Source of the DNA: Amphiscolops sp. MND2022 | Lineage: Eukaryota | Direction of reading: 5' to 3' | NCBI GenBank assembly: GCA_964187785.1 | Contig: OZ076409.1 | Location: 96,722,001-96,786,000, forward strand | Length of the DNA stretch: 64,000 nt | Part shown: positions 62,630 to 64,000 of the stretch, in pieces | Layout: each line of letters starts with the position of its first letter | How positions within the stretch are numbered: the stretch's first letter is position 1 | Notes under the pieces: model-generated | Databases searched by the model: none | Told to the model about the DNA's origin: nothing | What the model saw: only the letters and a program-made list of their open reading frames with translations | Program-made: the position numbers and the translations under genes

Positions 62630-64000
62630 AAGATGGTGCTCAACGACTAAGGCCCGGGGAGTCAACTAAGGCCCGGGGAGCCTCAGTTGAAGACAAACAC
62701 CCCTACACTCATCAACTCAATTGGATAATGCCCGGAGGATATCACTACGTTTGGTAATGGATACCTTGCAGCGTGATGTTCTTGTCGGAGCAGTTTTTTC
62801 TGCAACTTTGTTTCGTAATTTTAGTAGTCATGTAAACGTACGTCGCGACATTTTTGTTTTAGTTTTGATTGAGATTCAAATACTTCTGTTAATTCAATAA
62901 ATAACCCAAAAACTCTACATGTATTGCTACGCCCGAATGGTGCTATTTTTTTTTTCAAGATTTCCAGAAGTTTCCTCCAGATTCCAACGTGATATCCGAA
63001 AAAATGAGGAGCGCGCGCGCTCCTGATCTGCAAATAGCAAGATTTGATCTACCTTTGTCTGCTTTACTCCAGCGCTTACTCTTACGAGCAGTTCGTAGTT
63101 TGCTTCTGATGCGCTCCTTGACAGATGCTACTGAACTCTATACAGGTATGGAGCTGCACATCAGCGCGTGTTGCCCAAACCAAGCCGAACCGTAAAAAAA
63201 AGTATCAAAGAAACAGCTTGTCTTCCTTTTAAACAGTGGTTTTACTGCTGAAAAGAACTTTTAGCGAAAAGAACTTTTAACCGTGCTGCAAACTGAAATT
63301 TTATTGCCGTGGAAAAGATGTTTTTGCTGGAAACTACGTGCGCTTTGCAGCGTGAGCGTTCCGTAAAAGAATTTTTAGACGTCCAAAAACCAAAGTGCTA
63401 GCAGTATCTTATTCAGACTTTTCCAGAAAACTCGTGCTGAAAAAGTGGTGCTTTTTTGATTGATGTATGGAATCTTGGATTTGATCAATTTCGAGGTGCA
63501 TTTTTGAGTACTGGTTTTCTAGCTCTCGAGCTAGCTCTGTTTCAACAGTTTCTGGACGATGCAGGTTCTCTGGTTGGCAAGAAGCAAGACCTCACGGTTG
63601 CCCAATCAGCAAAAGATGACAGTGCCACTGGACCGTTGCACCATCACCAGTTTGAGACCCCCGTGTATTGCACTCATGATGTGGCGATGTATTCAATGCC
63701 AGCCTCTCCGCATGACAGGGACGTCATGCATAAAGCCCGGGGAATGATGTAACGGCAAGCTCTGGTACAGCAATATCAACCGATTTTGCAACTTTGACAT
63801 GTTCAGAAATTTTGTCAAAAATTCTAATCCGATGTGTGACGTGGCACTGAGCATGTGATTGCTCTTTTCGCTGTTTCTACGAAATTGGCAGGTACTTCGA
63901 CAACAAAGAGCAAGAACGAGCAAAAATACGGGCGCGCCGCCATGACAGAAGCCAGAGACGGCAAGAACATCCAAAAATAGACTCTTTTTGAGGTGCTAAC

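Noticed and set aside
53875..62709. ccctacact at 53875 and 62701 as a 9-bp TSD enclosing the RAG1-like element
   Set aside because: The sequences just inside are not inverted repeats, and an assembly gap lies between them.
63456..63974. Short ORFs at the window end
   Set aside because: Conflicting frames on both strands with no motif support.

Overview
AT-rich, repeat-dominated eukaryotic (invertebrate-like) genomic DNA, almost entirely mobile elements, with a 200-N gap at 61513-61712. (1) 1-14945, minus strand: a decayed Ty3/Gypsy element (5' LTR, PBS, gag, PR-RT-RH-IN) with an extra Ser/Thr/Pro-rich ORF and an env-like ORF whose Cys/motif pattern resembles chuvirus-type (class III, gB-like) glycoproteins. 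(2) 19449-35276: a complete 15.8-kb Gypsy element with ~1.63-kb LTRs and an ACGGG target-site duplication. Its gag starts inside the LTR, it has a -1 slippery site, and it carries a spliced antisense BED-finger/hAT-like gene plus a divergent sense ORF. (3) A decayed Tigger/pogo element. (4) A GC-richer, intronless ~830-codon pseudo-ORF (40.9-43.4 kb), possibly an endogenous RNA-virus gene, next to a LINE fragment. (5) Many MITEs and tandem repeats. (6) 53.9-61.4 kb: an apparently intact head-to-head gene pair, a ~1063-aa RAG1/Transib-like DDE transposase with a C-terminal BRCT-like domain and a 3-exon ~434-aa Tudor-like partner. All family assignments come from reading motifs by eye; no searches were run.
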